Origin: Paraspadella gotoi
Lineage: Eukaryota; Animalia; Chaetognatha
Length of the DNA: 64,000 bases
Direction: 5' to 3'
NCBI GenBank assembly: GCA_051294375.1
Contig: CM119265.1
Coordinates: 22,837,022-22,901,021 of the forward strand
Position 1 is the stretch's first letter. Each line of letters starts with the position of its first letter. The translations under genes were made by a program, and so were the position numbers. Below are positions 1 to 13,337 of the stretch, piece by piece. Below the pieces are notes generated by a model. That model had not been told where the DNA came from and did not search any database. It worked only from the letters and a program-made list of their open reading frames with translations.

Positions 1-309
1 TACATTTACTCGGTTTTTATGGTAAACTTGACGATCAGTAAACTTAGTAAATCTTTAATTATCAAATCGATTTCTGATAAAAACAAAACCGCAAGCCAAA
101 AAAGCTCGGAAGAGAGAAAAGAAACAATTCAGTACTGGACTGAACTGGCGATTCTTGACACGATCAACCAGTTTTCTATCAGTGACACGCTCTCTCAATC
201 TTAATTCTTTAGTTTAGTTTAGTCATGTAATAATGATCGCGGATCTCCGTCTGCCCGTTTATTCATTTCGTAAGATTGAGAGCAAGTCGCTCAACGAATA
301 AAGAGGCGT

Positions 310-420
310 CTCGTTATTGGTCCGATCGACGACGACTTTTCGATTCGTTCCTCCGATTGGTCGAAATCTCTCCCAGGCGACGACTTAGCTCGTCGCTTTA
401 AACCTGTTTGCTTCCGAAAG
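310..420 (+). promoter_or_regulatory. Putative SCAMP proximal promoter
   Basis: CpG-rich patch 200-300 bp upstream of the ATG, with two reverse CCAAT boxes (ATTGG at about 316 and 356) and an ETS-like CTTCCG at about 411. Confidence 0.4.
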
Positions 421-623
421 GAAGAATCTGCAGGCACAGCCCGTCCGCCCGGTCGCCGCAGCCGCTGATCAGAAGATTCGTTGTCAAAACTGAAAAGAAA
501 GGCGTTGACAAATTCGGACTGAACCTACGAAACTCGTGCGTCGCTTTGACACGACGCATTAAAACTTAACGCAGTCAATGAATAACAATTTTGATACGAA
601 GGAAAAAAAATAATTTTTCAAAA

Positions 624-2095
624 ATGGAGGAGAGTGGGGAAAACCCTTTCGCGGATCCGTCAATCGCCCGGGCCGCGACGGGTTACGGGAGCAACGGAAC
701 GACTCAAAGTCACGGCCAGAGTCTCATGAGAGACTACAACCCTTTTGACGCCGCGGGAAATGCTCAAACTCAAAGGGTAAGTAGTCTAGGAGGAAGAAAA
801 AAGGGGGCGTGTTTTAAAAAAATAATAAACTAAAATCACCAGTCATTTCTTACATTTATGAAAGCGCTGAATTAACTAGCTGAATCAGGATGTTATGTTT
901 AACTTTATGTTAAGCGGTTCCGCAGAAACTACTAAGAACCTTTCATTGTTCCTACTTATTTTTTAAAATACCTAAGGTTGAGCATCGTCTAACCCCGACT
1001 AATTAAATTAAATTCATCTTTTTATTCAGACTACCAGCCAGGCCTCCCGCCCTGATCCTTTGGAAGCATACAACCCGTTCGACAAGGAGCCGGGAGCCGC
1101 TGGTCGCGGCGCTTCCATGGCTTCGGGTGTTGGCGCTTTCGGCGCTCAGAAACCGGCCGCCGATCCGCCGCCGCCCTACGCCCAGTCTCCAGCACAAGCG
1201 GTTAGAATTTTATTTAGTTATTAAATTGTAGGGTTTAATTGTTTATTTGCTTTAAATTAAAAGTAACTTGAAATTCCTTTAAATTGAATTCGTCCAGATC
1301 GACACGGATAGTTACATGAGCGCGAAACGCGATCTTGACCGAAAAGCGCGCGAGTTGGAGGAAAGAGAACAGCGCATGCGCGAGGAAGAGCAGCGTATCA
1401 GGGACGCTTCACGCCAGGGCCCCGCCGGACCCCCGTCTTCCTTCAACAACTGGCCGCCGCTGCCCCGCTGGTTCCCGCTCAAACCTTGCTTTTACCAGGA
1501 CATCGACGTCGAAATACCCAGCGGACTCCAGCACCTCGTCAAACAAATGTATTACATCTGGCTGTACCACTTTGTAATGCTTTTTCTCAACGTCTTGGGC
1601 ACGTTGGCCCTGTTGTGCGTGAACGCGGACACGGGACAGGCGTTCGGCCTGGCTCTTCTTTACTTGGTCCTCTTCACGCCCTGTTCATTCGCCTGTTGGT
1701 TCCGCCCCGTCTACAAGGCCTTTCGCTCGGATTCATCGCTTAACTTTATGATTTTCTTCTTTGTCTTCGCGGCTCAGGCCTGCGTCTCCGTCATGCAGGC
1801 TCTGGGTATCCTTTCCACGGGGATGTGCGGCCTCTTCGACGGGATCAAAGTGATGAGGGGCGACAACCCCAATATAACCGTCGGCATCATCTGCATCGTC
1901 ATCGGCGTCCTCTTTGCCTTCCAAGCCATCGTCGACTTCTTCATGCTCATTCGGATCCACAGACTTTACAGGAGCAAGGACGGCGTCTCCATGTCGCAGG
2001 CGAAGAAGGACGCCATCTCCACGCTCATGAAAAACAAAGACGTGAGAGACACGGTCGTTGATGTTGGCGTGGCGGCCGCCTCTTCGGGACGATAG
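624..2095 (+). CDS. SCAMP: Secretory carrier membrane protein (SCAMP), 3 coding exons: 624-776, 1030-1200, 1298-2095
   Basis: Both GT-AG introns are phase 0 (AGG|gtaagt...ttcag|ACT; GCG|gttaga...ccag|ATC). The protein has three N-terminal NPF motifs (ENPF, YNPF, YNPF), a PPPY motif, a coiled coil (LDRKARELEERE), the SCAMP signature NNWPPLP..PLKPCFYQDI, four TM helices, and the E-peptide CWFRPVYKAFRSDSS. Confidence 0.97.
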
Positions 2096-2673
2096 GCGGT
2101 TATATTGACAAAGCCGATCGTGTGTAAGTAAACCTCGTCGGTATTCATCGTTCTATATAACGTTGTAAATAACTTGGTCGTTTTAAATTCAAAGTTTGGA
2201 TAAATATTTTAAATTATGCACAAAAATCTTGGTCAAAAGGAGAATAAACTTTGTACCCCGACAAAAACTAGTCCAGCATAATAATCTCCGACAGCTCAGT
2301 CAGACAACTTGTTGATCTTATTTATAAATTTTGTATGAAAGTAATGATTTGAGATCTATTAAAGTAGTTTGTTGATCCGTTTCGTATTACTTTTCAATTA
2401 TATTTTTTAAATAAAGTTTTAAACAGTTCATTTCTAAAAGCTATTCTAATTTAGTATTTATACGTTGAATTTTTGTCTCACAACTGTTTTTAGAGCTAGA
2501 AAACTTTTTATCATTAAATAAACATTGTTTCATTTAATTGCTTATAAATGTAGCGTGGAGAGTAACGACAGACGAGCGAGCAGGTAAATATTGACAAATA
2601 AAGGAACAATGTGAATATTTGACAATGTGGATGTAAACCAAAAAACGCAAGACATTTGATGTCTCAATCCGCC

Positions 2674-3690
2674 TCAATCATCCGACGATGTCTTGAGCGC
2701 GTCGCCCGAGTCTGCCGTCATATAACCGTTTGTCATCAGCGAGTCTCTTAAATTGGAGGCGTTCCGGACTCCGGAAATCCTTCGACCGGCGACTCCCCCG
2801 AGCGCTTTCATCTTGATCCCGTTCTGCTCCAAATCTCCGTCCGCCCATTCGTAGCAGCCGTTCGAATGCGACCTTTCTTTTCCCCCCGACACCGCTTCGA
2901 ACGACTCCAGCAGGTGGTCGCCCACGACGGCCGACCCGTTAGCCGCCAGCGTAACCGACGTTTGTCGCTGCGTCGTCGTCGATATCATGTGCTGCAGCCG
3001 CTGCCGCGCCACGACTGGTCGGCAGCGCAGACACCGCAGCGCGCGTTTAGCGGCGTCTCGTAGGCGGCGGCAGACTTTGAGAAAGTTGTCGTGAAAGAAG
3101 ATTCGAAAGAGGATGTAGAACCAAGGATCGAGAATCTGATTGACGCACGCCAGTTTGACGAGAGAGAAAAACAGGTCGCCCCCGACCACGTTGGCGCCGG
3201 AGACTTGGTTGATGAAGACCGATACCATAAGCGGCGCCCACAACGAAGCGAAGGCGAATAGCGCCAACGTCAACGCCAGCATCTCGGCGTCGGCTTTGCG
3301 TTCGGCGGCGTCGCGTGATTTGACACCTTGCCGTTCTCGGAAGGAACCGGAGAATCTGTGAAGGGAGGCGTGGCTTTATTTAGTGAGAAGGGGGGAAAAT
3401 TTCTTTTAACATGACCTGTAATTTCGGTTACTATTATAATTATTGTTACAACCTTCCATCCGGACAGGGACTGGCAGACATACCTTTTGCAATAGACTAA
3501 CGAAAAGAATAGCGAAGGCCCTGTAAGTGCAAGCTTTAAAATGACTCTAACACAGACTAGTTTAATACAACTCTCATAGTAGCTTTCTCATAAATGAATT
3601 ATTACTTAATTATTCTGTTAACCGTTAATCATTTAATGCTGTTCAATATGAACTGCTGTCGTTGAATTAAAGGAGCGCTCTCTTTTTAAC

Positions 3691-3721
<31 letters not shown>

Positions 3722-6087
3722 GTATCTAATAAATTGCATCAGACCATCCGGATTTTTTTGATTTCCGTAATTTTAAGGGATGCCCGGATGTTTTTACTTT
3801 GCTCGTCTGCTTCGACAAACCTAAAATCCCGAACTCCCTTCCCGCCTCTCAGCGCCTACCCTAGGACCGACCGTTTCCGGTATCGCCGCATCTGGCACAT
3901 TGTCAGGATGGAGATGAAGTTCCCTACGGCGGTGACGCCGATGGAGAAGAGGCCGACCAATGAAAAGACGTAAGGAAAAACGTGACGCGTCTCGTCGAAT
4001 CTCATGTCGAAAAAGGACCACGTGTAGGGAAACATGACGACGTTGGCGCCGAGGGAAGGGACGCCGAGGGCGGGCAAACAGGCGATGGCGCAGGAGCAGG
4101 CGAAAGCGAGGATGATGCAGTGGAAGGCGTGGTGGGGGCGGACCAGGCGGTCGTAGAGAAAGGGTTTGCTGCGGTTGGGAGGAGTGTAATAGGGGAGATT
4201 GGGGGGCGAGAAGGAATAGTACGATATTTAATGACTCTATATTAGTAATGAGGCGAGTAAAATTCACAATACACAGTATCTATTTAACTTTTTCAATAAT
4301 TGTACAATAATTTTTGTATTTTTTTTAGGTTATTTTGTTATTAAAATTATATTAAAACACTTGCAATCTAATTTACATATTGTTGTCATTTAGGCCGAAA
4401 GTTGTATTTTACTTTTTTATTCAAATTAATGGATTAATGGATAATTTGGCACGAGCTCCATAAAAATAAAATCAAAAATTCAATTTTTATTATTGTGCAA
4501 ATTTTACATGCTTTGAAAGCTGATAAGGACCAAAAAATAATGGAATTATTACTCGGTGGCATTTTACGTCTTATTCTTCAATAGAAATTTAGGGTTACTT
4601 TCCTCGTTATTAACGAAATAAAAAAAAATTCACAATTTTGAGAAATAAACACAAAAATTAATCCCGCACATTTATTGTAGTTTTCAAGAAATAAAAATTC
4701 AAACTAGTTTTCATTTCATTTTAAACTTAGTACTATTTTTTTAGACGAATTAATGTTTAAGGCTCGAAACCACAATAAAGGAAATATTCAAAGCTCCTAC
4801 CGAAGAGCGAGACATCTTTCTATCGCTATGACGGTTGCCATGAAGATCGTGTTGAATGCCGCCGTCAACATGTTGAAAGAGTAAAAGTGACACACGTTGG
4901 GTCCGCCGATCTCGGACCAGTTTCGCCCGTTGACGTAAAGACGCAGGACGAAGGGGCTGGTCAACATCTTGGGGACCGAGAAGTGGGGAAAGGGGGAAGT
5001 TAAGAGCGGAGAGATAGAGAGAGAGAGTGTGTGTGTGTGTGTGAGTGAGTGTGTTTTTAGGTCAAGAAATACTCGGTTATTACGATACCCAGAATTCTTT
5101 TACCGGTATTGCATACACCCTTGTAATACAAACATACATTTTCATAATTAATGGAGATAATGGTCTACTGGCAAAAACCAATCAAGTTTTTCCAGATATT
5201 TCGGCTTAGGTTTCAAAATCGTCTTAGTTGGCGAAAGGGAAATTGGGGAAAAGTAAAACAAAATACAGGAGAGAGATTAAAAATAAAATAGAGAGAATCA
5301 AATTTATGCTAAAATTACTTATATATACCATTTCACCGTTATCTTCATTATTAAATTTAAATGAGCAGATATTAATATTATTTTTTAACTTTGTGACAAA
5401 TATTCTTGATATCACAAAGTTTTCAAATAATAATAAATGATTAGTAAGTAATTTATGAAAAAATGAAACAATTTTAACATAAAGTTTTATTAAAAAGATT
5501 TCCGCGAGGATATCAATTTAATATTGAGGAGACAATGTTGTATGTCATAATCACAAATGCTTAAGTTCTAAGTTGACTGGTTATCCACCATCAGGTAAAA
5601 CCGACTATCAATCACCCGTATTGATTTTTATCCTCTTCAGTAACCTGGATTCCTTTCAATCAATCACTCGCTGACAATGTTTTCGATTCTTCTGATTGCG
5701 CATTGCAAATCTCCCAGATTCCTTCTCATCGATCACTCGGCCTCAATCACCGCGTTCTTCACAATCAATCACCCCTGTGTCAATCACTTCTTTTGATCAC
5801 CCGACGTCAAATCACTCCCGATTCCCTTCCGCTCACCTGCCCGGCGAGATCGACGAGAATAAGAGCGAAGATGAGTCGATAGAAAATCGTCTGCCTCTGT
5901 CGTTTCCATGACGACGCGAGGATGACGATCGCGCAACAGTTGCCGATCAAACCCGAGACGAAGGACGGGAGGGCGAAGTCTGAGGCGGAGGCGGCGGCGA
6001 CGAGGGCGGACTGGGCGGCGGAGAGATTGAGGGCGGGGAAGAGGCGGGGTGACGCGCGTCGCAGTCGGCGACGGGGAATGGAGACAT
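2674..6087 (-). CDS. Prostanoid (prostaglandin/thromboxane) receptor-like class A GPCR, about 469 aa; exons 6087-5837, 4967-4801, 4168-3860, 3355-2674
   Basis: Exon phases join (0, 2, 2). Motifs: TM1 GLIGN; TM2 FYRLIFALILVDLAGQMLTSP; TM3 C...AIERCLAL.KPFLY; ECL2 FPYTWSF; TM6 WAP; TM7 NQILDPWFYILFR, the DPxxY form typical of TP/FP/EP1/EP3-type receptors. The likely ATG at 6087 is one base out of frame with the rest of exon 1, so the 5' end is uncertain. Confidence 0.9.
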
Positions 6088-8913
6088 GGCGGCCAAGTGC
6101 GGGGGGGGGGGTGAGGTTAAGGGGGAAGAGGAGAGGTGAGAATGGTGAAGGTCGAGAGGAATTGGTAAGTTTTGCGTTAACGTTTCTTGTAAGTATTCGA
6201 AGTCGCGGGCGACAAAATATCAGGTGTACATTTGTACAATTGTACATTTATTTTCGAAAAAGGAGAGTTTTTTTTTTGATTGACGTAAATGCGTATATAG
6301 TACCTACATTTTTTAAAGATTTTTTATTTAGCTTTTTTCAAAATAATTTTTAGTCATTGTCATTTTCTTTTGCGAAGATGTGAATCGTGAAGGATTCAGC
6401 GAACGCCGAGTTCAGTTTCGAAAACTACATTTTTTTTGTGTGTTCGACATTCGAACAATTTGACAAATTGACAAATGGAAAATAAGAATCGCCTCCCCAG
6501 TTTGTTTTATTTGTTTTTTTCTTTTTTTTTTTCGAAAGCCGGATACGGAATTGAGATAAAGGTCGGTCCACGTTCCACGAATCGCGTGTCCAAATTGTTG
6601 CCACTTTTTTTCTTGTGGCTCAAAAGTCACGAAAAAAAAAGTAGTTTGGTTTTTTTTTTTTTATCAAACCTTTCACTCCGACTAATTCATGGAATTAAAA
6701 TTTTTTGAAAAACTTTCAGATTCAAAGACGAGAAGAAAATCGTCACTTCTTTTTTTGGGGAAAAAAAAAAAAAGAGGAATTGACTCTTGGGGGTCGGGTG
6801 GCGAACCAAAAAAAGAGTAACGAATTTATCGCGTAAAAAAGANNNNNNNNNNTATCGCGTAAAAAAGAGTAACGAATTTATCGCGTCGTTTCGTGATTTA
6901 AGTCACTTCGTCTCCCCTTTCCTCGTTTGTCTTTTTATTTGTGTGTCATTGGCCGAAAACAATTTTTTTTTTTGGAGGGGGTTGTCTTTTGGAGAAATTC
7001 CTGAATCAATGAAAGAGTAATTGATAGTGAGAACGCCCGCTTTGGTTGTATTTTACGTGATTATAATTTATATAGTTCAAAATAGTCTAGACGTCGTAAC
7101 TATGTTTAAGAAAAAAAAAAAACCGTTGGCAAAATCAACAATGGTGCCAAAAGTTGTGAAAAAAATAAGTTATTTTATTTAGAAAAAATAAGATGAAAAA
7201 TGAAAAGAAAAAAAAAACGAAATAAAGTTGAGAGAATAAAACTTAATTTTCACTCAAAAAAAAAAATCAGAAATAGAAATTTGATGTGCGATGTTCCGCT
7301 GTCACCGGTTTGGATGTCATTTTTCCTTCGAACAAACATCTATTGCCATTCGATCCGAAATCGAAAGAAATTCAGTGACCCAATTTTTCCTCGCCCCGAA
7401 AACGAGTCTTTAAGTCGGCGAAGGTGTCAACAAAGATCTCTCATCGCTGACCCAAAAATTATGTCAAAATGGAATCGAATCCCAACAAAATATTAAACTA
7501 ATTTCGAACATGTATTTCTTTTCTCACTCTTGGGAACATGCGCTTTAGTCTAATTCGTATGAGCGTCACTCATTGTTTGTAAATCAAAAAGCGATTTTAA
7601 TTTAAGTTTGTTCGAATATCTTGGATTCAGTTTCAATCAAAATCCAATCAAGCTCCCATCGAAAGGAAGATGTTTTTTTTTAGCCGACAAGGCCCCCGAT
7701 ATGAGAGCCCTGACGGCTCTCGAGGGCCTCCCGAGGGCCCCCCGAGGCTGGGGTGCGCTTCGCGATCGATATTCGTGGGATCGAATGTCGAAAAAGTAAT
7801 CATTAATCTTCCCAATTATTGACAATTTAATTTTTTAATTTAAAAATTACAAAAAGGTTTAATATGATTTTAAATGTTGAGAAATTATTAAAAAAGTTAA
7901 ATTAAAGTTTAATTTTAAATTAGTGTTTTTTTTTTGCTCATGTAAAGACGACGGAATTTAAATTAATACAAAATTTAATACAAAATGGTTGGGACAAAAT
8001 ATCTTTTTTTTTGTTGAAAAAGTGAAAAAAAAAAGTGGCTAAAGACGTTCGCAATCCGGACGCTTTCTCAAGCGCCCTCCTTTTATCGGGTTAAGTTTTC
8101 ATCCTCCTCCTCCTCCTCCTCCTCCTCCTCCTCTTCCTTCTCCTCAGCATCTTCGTTCACCTCCTCTCAACGTTTCATCTCTTTCATCTTCTTTCGTCGA
8201 TTCTGATTTTGTCTTCCTCGTCTTCGTCTTCTCTTCCTCCTCTCCTCTCGCTCTCCTTCTTCCCTCTTTTAAATCCCTTTTCCTATCTCCCCAATGGGAG
8301 ATTTTCTCCATTCTTTCCTAATCCCTCAATTTCTTTCTTCATATGTTCCCTCCTTTCTTACAATCTCCCTTTCCTGGCTTTATTCTCCTTCCCCACCCGA
8401 GCACCCTCTCATCCTCGACCGACCCGCCCTCCTCCGTTTCCATCGACGAATGACCTCGCAATTTCCGTCCGAATGCGGCGTCGTTTTGATTCCATCGACC
8501 GGCGTCGTTTTGGCTCCGTCGGCGGAGGAAATTCGAGGGCAAAACGGGACCGGAGTTAGAGGCGCTCGGTTTTTCATTGCTTGGGGCGCGGAAATTTGAC
8601 CAGAGCTGATACTGCTGACATTGGCGCTGCGTGGGATACGGTTTAAAAGACACTTGCAGACCCTCAATACCGGTTGCCGGTTGNNNNNNNNNNNNNNNNN
8701 AGAAAGATATAAAAGAAAAATTAGACAACGAAAGAAAACGAGAGATATAACTTAGCCAACCTTTTTAACCAAGGCATAAAACCTTATTTTCTTTCATGGT
8801 GCCCGTGGAGCTCGGATATTTTTCCTCCCGTCCGTAGATTTTGAATTGTTTACATTCGTCCTCTAGCGGATTTGTGGCTTCGCAAACTGACGGAGGTTCT
8901 GGTGGCGAATTTG

Positions 8914-9009
<96 letters not shown>

Positions 9010-9577
9010 ATGCATCTCTGGAAGGAAGTAGGAGGTTCCAGGGAGATAAATTTGTAGGAGGTTGAAGCATGGAAGAAATTGTTTCTGACGAATGTAATGA
9101 GGTTTTAATGTTGCGCTTTTATGGAACGGGTCACAATGTTTCGGGAAACTCAAAATCAGTTATGACATTCAATCAAAGTAAGAAAGATTCTAAAAAGGAA
9201 AACGTGTTACTAGTTTTCGTGACAATCTCTTGAAAAATACTTAGGAAAATCGGTTACCTAATAGTTGGCGGTATATGCTCTTTTGCGGTAGACCACTAAA
9301 GAAAGAGTTCAGAGTCTCTTTATGCAAAAATGGACGATTTAATCTCGGTGGGCGGCGGCAGCTCCTCCTCGTGGTTGTCAGTGGCTGAGAAGGTTCGTGA
9401 GAGATCGAGAGATACGACGACGACGACGACGACGACGACGAAAACCTACGCCGACTCCCGTAAAAACAAATTCAGGGTCACTCAACTCGTTCATCACGTG
9501 CGACCGTCGTTGTTGTTGTTGTCGTTGTTGTAATCGGCGTTGCGCTTGTCAATTTAGACGAGCGAAGGAGAAGCGAT

Positions 9578-9672
<95 letters not shown>

Positions 9673-12235
9673 GAATCTCAAATGGACGCCTATCTTGAAC
9701 CAGCGTCAGTTATCGCCTTTTTCCGCCGCGTCGAATCCTCAGGACTTAAGGGATCAAAGGAGAGAAGATGACTTCGTCCGAAATCGCCCTAGTCACGTGA
9801 CTTTCTTCAACGGTGGGCGTGGCCCTCTGTCTCCGGATTTATGGTGCGAAAATAAAAAAAAAAGGCTTTTTTGTTCGAGTCATCGCCGCCGGGATTTATT
9901 GTCGTCGTCGTTGTCGTAATTATCTCCGATCTGTCATTCAGATATCGATTGATTCTTTGTCTTCGACGTCGTTGTCATCTTGTTTTTTTCCCCTTTTTTC
10001 TATAATGTTGATGACAATTACGTCTATAGCTTCGTTGATATCGTTTTCTTTATCGTTATAGTTGTCATTTTTTTTCAAATGATTTTCTGATTCCCTCATT
10101 TCACTTTCTAAGGAAACTCGTCCAAGACGGAAATATGTACGACGACGACGACGATGACGACGACGACGTCGACCGTAACATTCACGGGTTCGTCGAGGTC
10201 GAAATCACGGAATCCGAGGCCGACGACGCCCATTTCGAGAATGAGCGTAACTCGCGCGCGAGGGGCACGCCCACCGGCGATGCGAAGATTGTGAGGACTA
10301 CGACGAGGACGACAATAAACGAAATCGAGGGAACATTTTTGTGAAGTAGAAAAGATTTATTAAAGTTTTTTTAAATATTGTAATGACTATTATCTTTGAT
10401 TACTTAAGTAGACTTAGTGCTATTTTCTCCCCATTTATGTCTATTTATTTTTGATGATATTTATTACTGTATTAAACTTTTTATTGGAAATAAACTTCCA
10501 TTTTGGTTTACCTGTTTAATAATAACTGTTTATGATTTTATCTCAAATAGAAAAACGCTTTTATCCCCTTTTACGAATATTTATTACACTAAAACAACGA
10601 ACATGTTTCAATAAATTTAAAATAGAACAAAGAATGTCAATTTGGTTGAATCCATATATCCGGAAAGAAATATCCAGAATGTTTGTCATCTTTTGTTCCG
10701 CAATCATAAATAAAACTAAACAATACGTCTCGTCATTTTTCACTCGTGACGAACAAAGTGCGTCATGCGAGATCTCATTGGATCACAAACAAATAATTTC
10801 GAACCGCTGATTGGCTGCCGAGATAGTGGAAGCAAACTGTGATAAAAATATGTGGGCTTTCAATCAAAATAGGTAGGTATCTGCGAACTATAATCGGAAA
10901 AAAAATGTGGAGGGGCTGTCGACAAAGGACGTATTTACATTCACGAGAACAATCAATATCGATATCTAGATATATATAAACAATTCTCGCTATTTGTACA
11001 ACTGAGAGAGAACGTGTCGAGATTCCAACTCGGATCAATTTAATCTCAAAATCAGAATCAAACTTTTTCAATTCGCTCCAAAGAGAAGCCGCTAATGGAT
11101 TGCCAGATGTCGCCAGCCTAATAGTACCAATAATAAACCGAATTTTTTTTTTTAAGCCAAGAAAATTCTTTTTCAAATGGAAAACGTAGTAAACAGGACA
11201 TTCTTCTCAAATTCGTAACGCCTAAAATAAAACCATTTTAGATTTAAGATTTTTAAATTGAAAAAAAATATTTCTTGGAGATTCGAAATCTTGTCGGTTT
11301 ATTTCATCTTTCTTCGCGTCACGACTTCCTCTGTCTCTGTCTCTGTCTCACTCTCACACTCAAACCCACAAACACACAAACAAACACAATTTCTCAATGC
11401 GTAGAAACATTTTCTATTAAGAGATCCCTTTATTTATCTTTTCTTTAAATTTAAAGAAAAAAAGAAAAAAGAAGTAAGACATTTTTGGCCATCTTAATTA
11501 AAAAAAATATGAAATCCGTTGAAAGCGATTCACATTTATTGGCGCAGCTACAAGTTATTTGACTTATTGATCAATTGATATATAGATATTTTTATAGATT
11601 TATTAAGAAGTCTGTTATTATTTGTTTTTTTATGATCACTGATCAGTTATGATCTGAAGAGATCACAAAAAATTATCGTGATTATAATGTGTTTAGCTGA
11701 TTACTGCTAAAATATCGTAGGCAGATCCGACATTGTTTGCTCAAACTTGTTATTTATTCTTTCTCTCCCCTTTGAGTTTTTCATCTCCCATTTCTAAAAT
11801 TAAATTTCGATATGCCTCATTATATTTTTCTATTCTACACATCTCTTCATACAGCCGACCTTACATAACAGAAAATTTATAACAAATAACGTTCGTATTA
11901 AAAAAAAAAAAATTATGGCTCGATGAAGTCAATAAAAATGATTTTATTTTACAATAAAAAAAAATTTAAAAAAAAAGTATGGATGTAACGAAAGCCATAA
12001 TAGTTCTCGGCTGCAGTAAAAAAGATATAAAATTAATCCTTCTAACCGACAGACGATGGTGGCGCTAATCTCGACAGGGAATAAAAATAAAGAAATGAAT
12101 CCGTCCAACAGACGACGGTGGCGGTGATTTTGTGAATGACGATGGTGATAAGTGATCACTCAGTTTCTTTTTGAATTTTTTCTCACCTCGCTAACGCGGA
12201 TGTGAGAAGAGAGAGGAGGAAAGGGACGGGGGAAA

Positions 12236-12303
<68 letters not shown>

Positions 12304-13047
12304 AAAGGTGGATTTGATTCGGACGCCTGGACGCTCCGAGGCATTCCGACTTTTCAAGGAGATCACCCACGAAGTCGCATCCGGGTCAGACCCTTGATAT
12401 CCGGGTCCGGCCGAGTGCAGGGAATTGGTCATTTTTTTGGAGAGTAAGTTTTTCAATCATTTAAAACGAAAAGAAGTTGAATGGTAGAAAAAAAATGGTT
12501 ATTTGCCTATTTAAATATCAACTGCGGTTTGGTTTTGGCTTATATGATTTAATAAGTTGTTTCGATTGATTTAGAAACATGAATGTAATAACCTAAAAAT
12601 TGAATAAAAATTAAAGAAGTCTTTTACCAAGCCATAGTACTCGGCAAGGAGAATGTAATCGACAGTGCACAATGTACAATTTGAAAGGTATGTACGATTA
12701 CCCAACAAGAGGTCGAAAAACTCCGTCATCAGTGACTTGCTAGCGGCGCTAGACTTTCTCAGAACGGCGCCACAAACGCAATAACAACAGATACGCGCCG
12801 CTTCGCCGAAGATCGATTCTGCAAACCCTTCCAGCGCCGCCAAAGCAAGCGGCCACCGCCGCAAACATTTATGCTGAGCCGTAGAAACGCTGGCCCCCTT
12901 CTCGAGCGCGAATTAATTAGGGGCAAAATTCTGTCCGGAAATTGAAAGGGAGGTGGGGAGATTCGATGATTGCGAACATTCACCGCGGTTGTGATTAGAT
13001 GGTGAGGATTCACATGTGCACTCGTGCTGAGGAAGATGAGGGGAGTA

Positions 13048-13147
<100 letters not shown>

Positions 13148-13230
13148 GGTGTGGGAATGGTGAGATGATTAAAAGGTGATCGGCTGTTTGAATGGTCAGC
13201 GAGCGCGTTTTGATTTAATTGGATCCGCGA

Positions 13231-13337
<107 letters not shown>

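Noticed and set aside
6826-6886. Direct repeat AAAAGAGTAACGAATTTATCGCGT on both sides of an N gap
   Set aside because: Typical unresolved contig overlap or collapsed minisatellite; it cannot be interpreted.
8380-8600. GC-rich block as a possible upstream coding exon of the GPCR
   Set aside because: No convincing donor and acceptor pair and no receptor-like translation; it may be UTR or promoter.
12571-12864. Minus-strand 97-aa ORF with a Cys cluster (RICCYCVC)
   Set aside because: Non-ATG start, no recognisable domain and no supporting splice sites.
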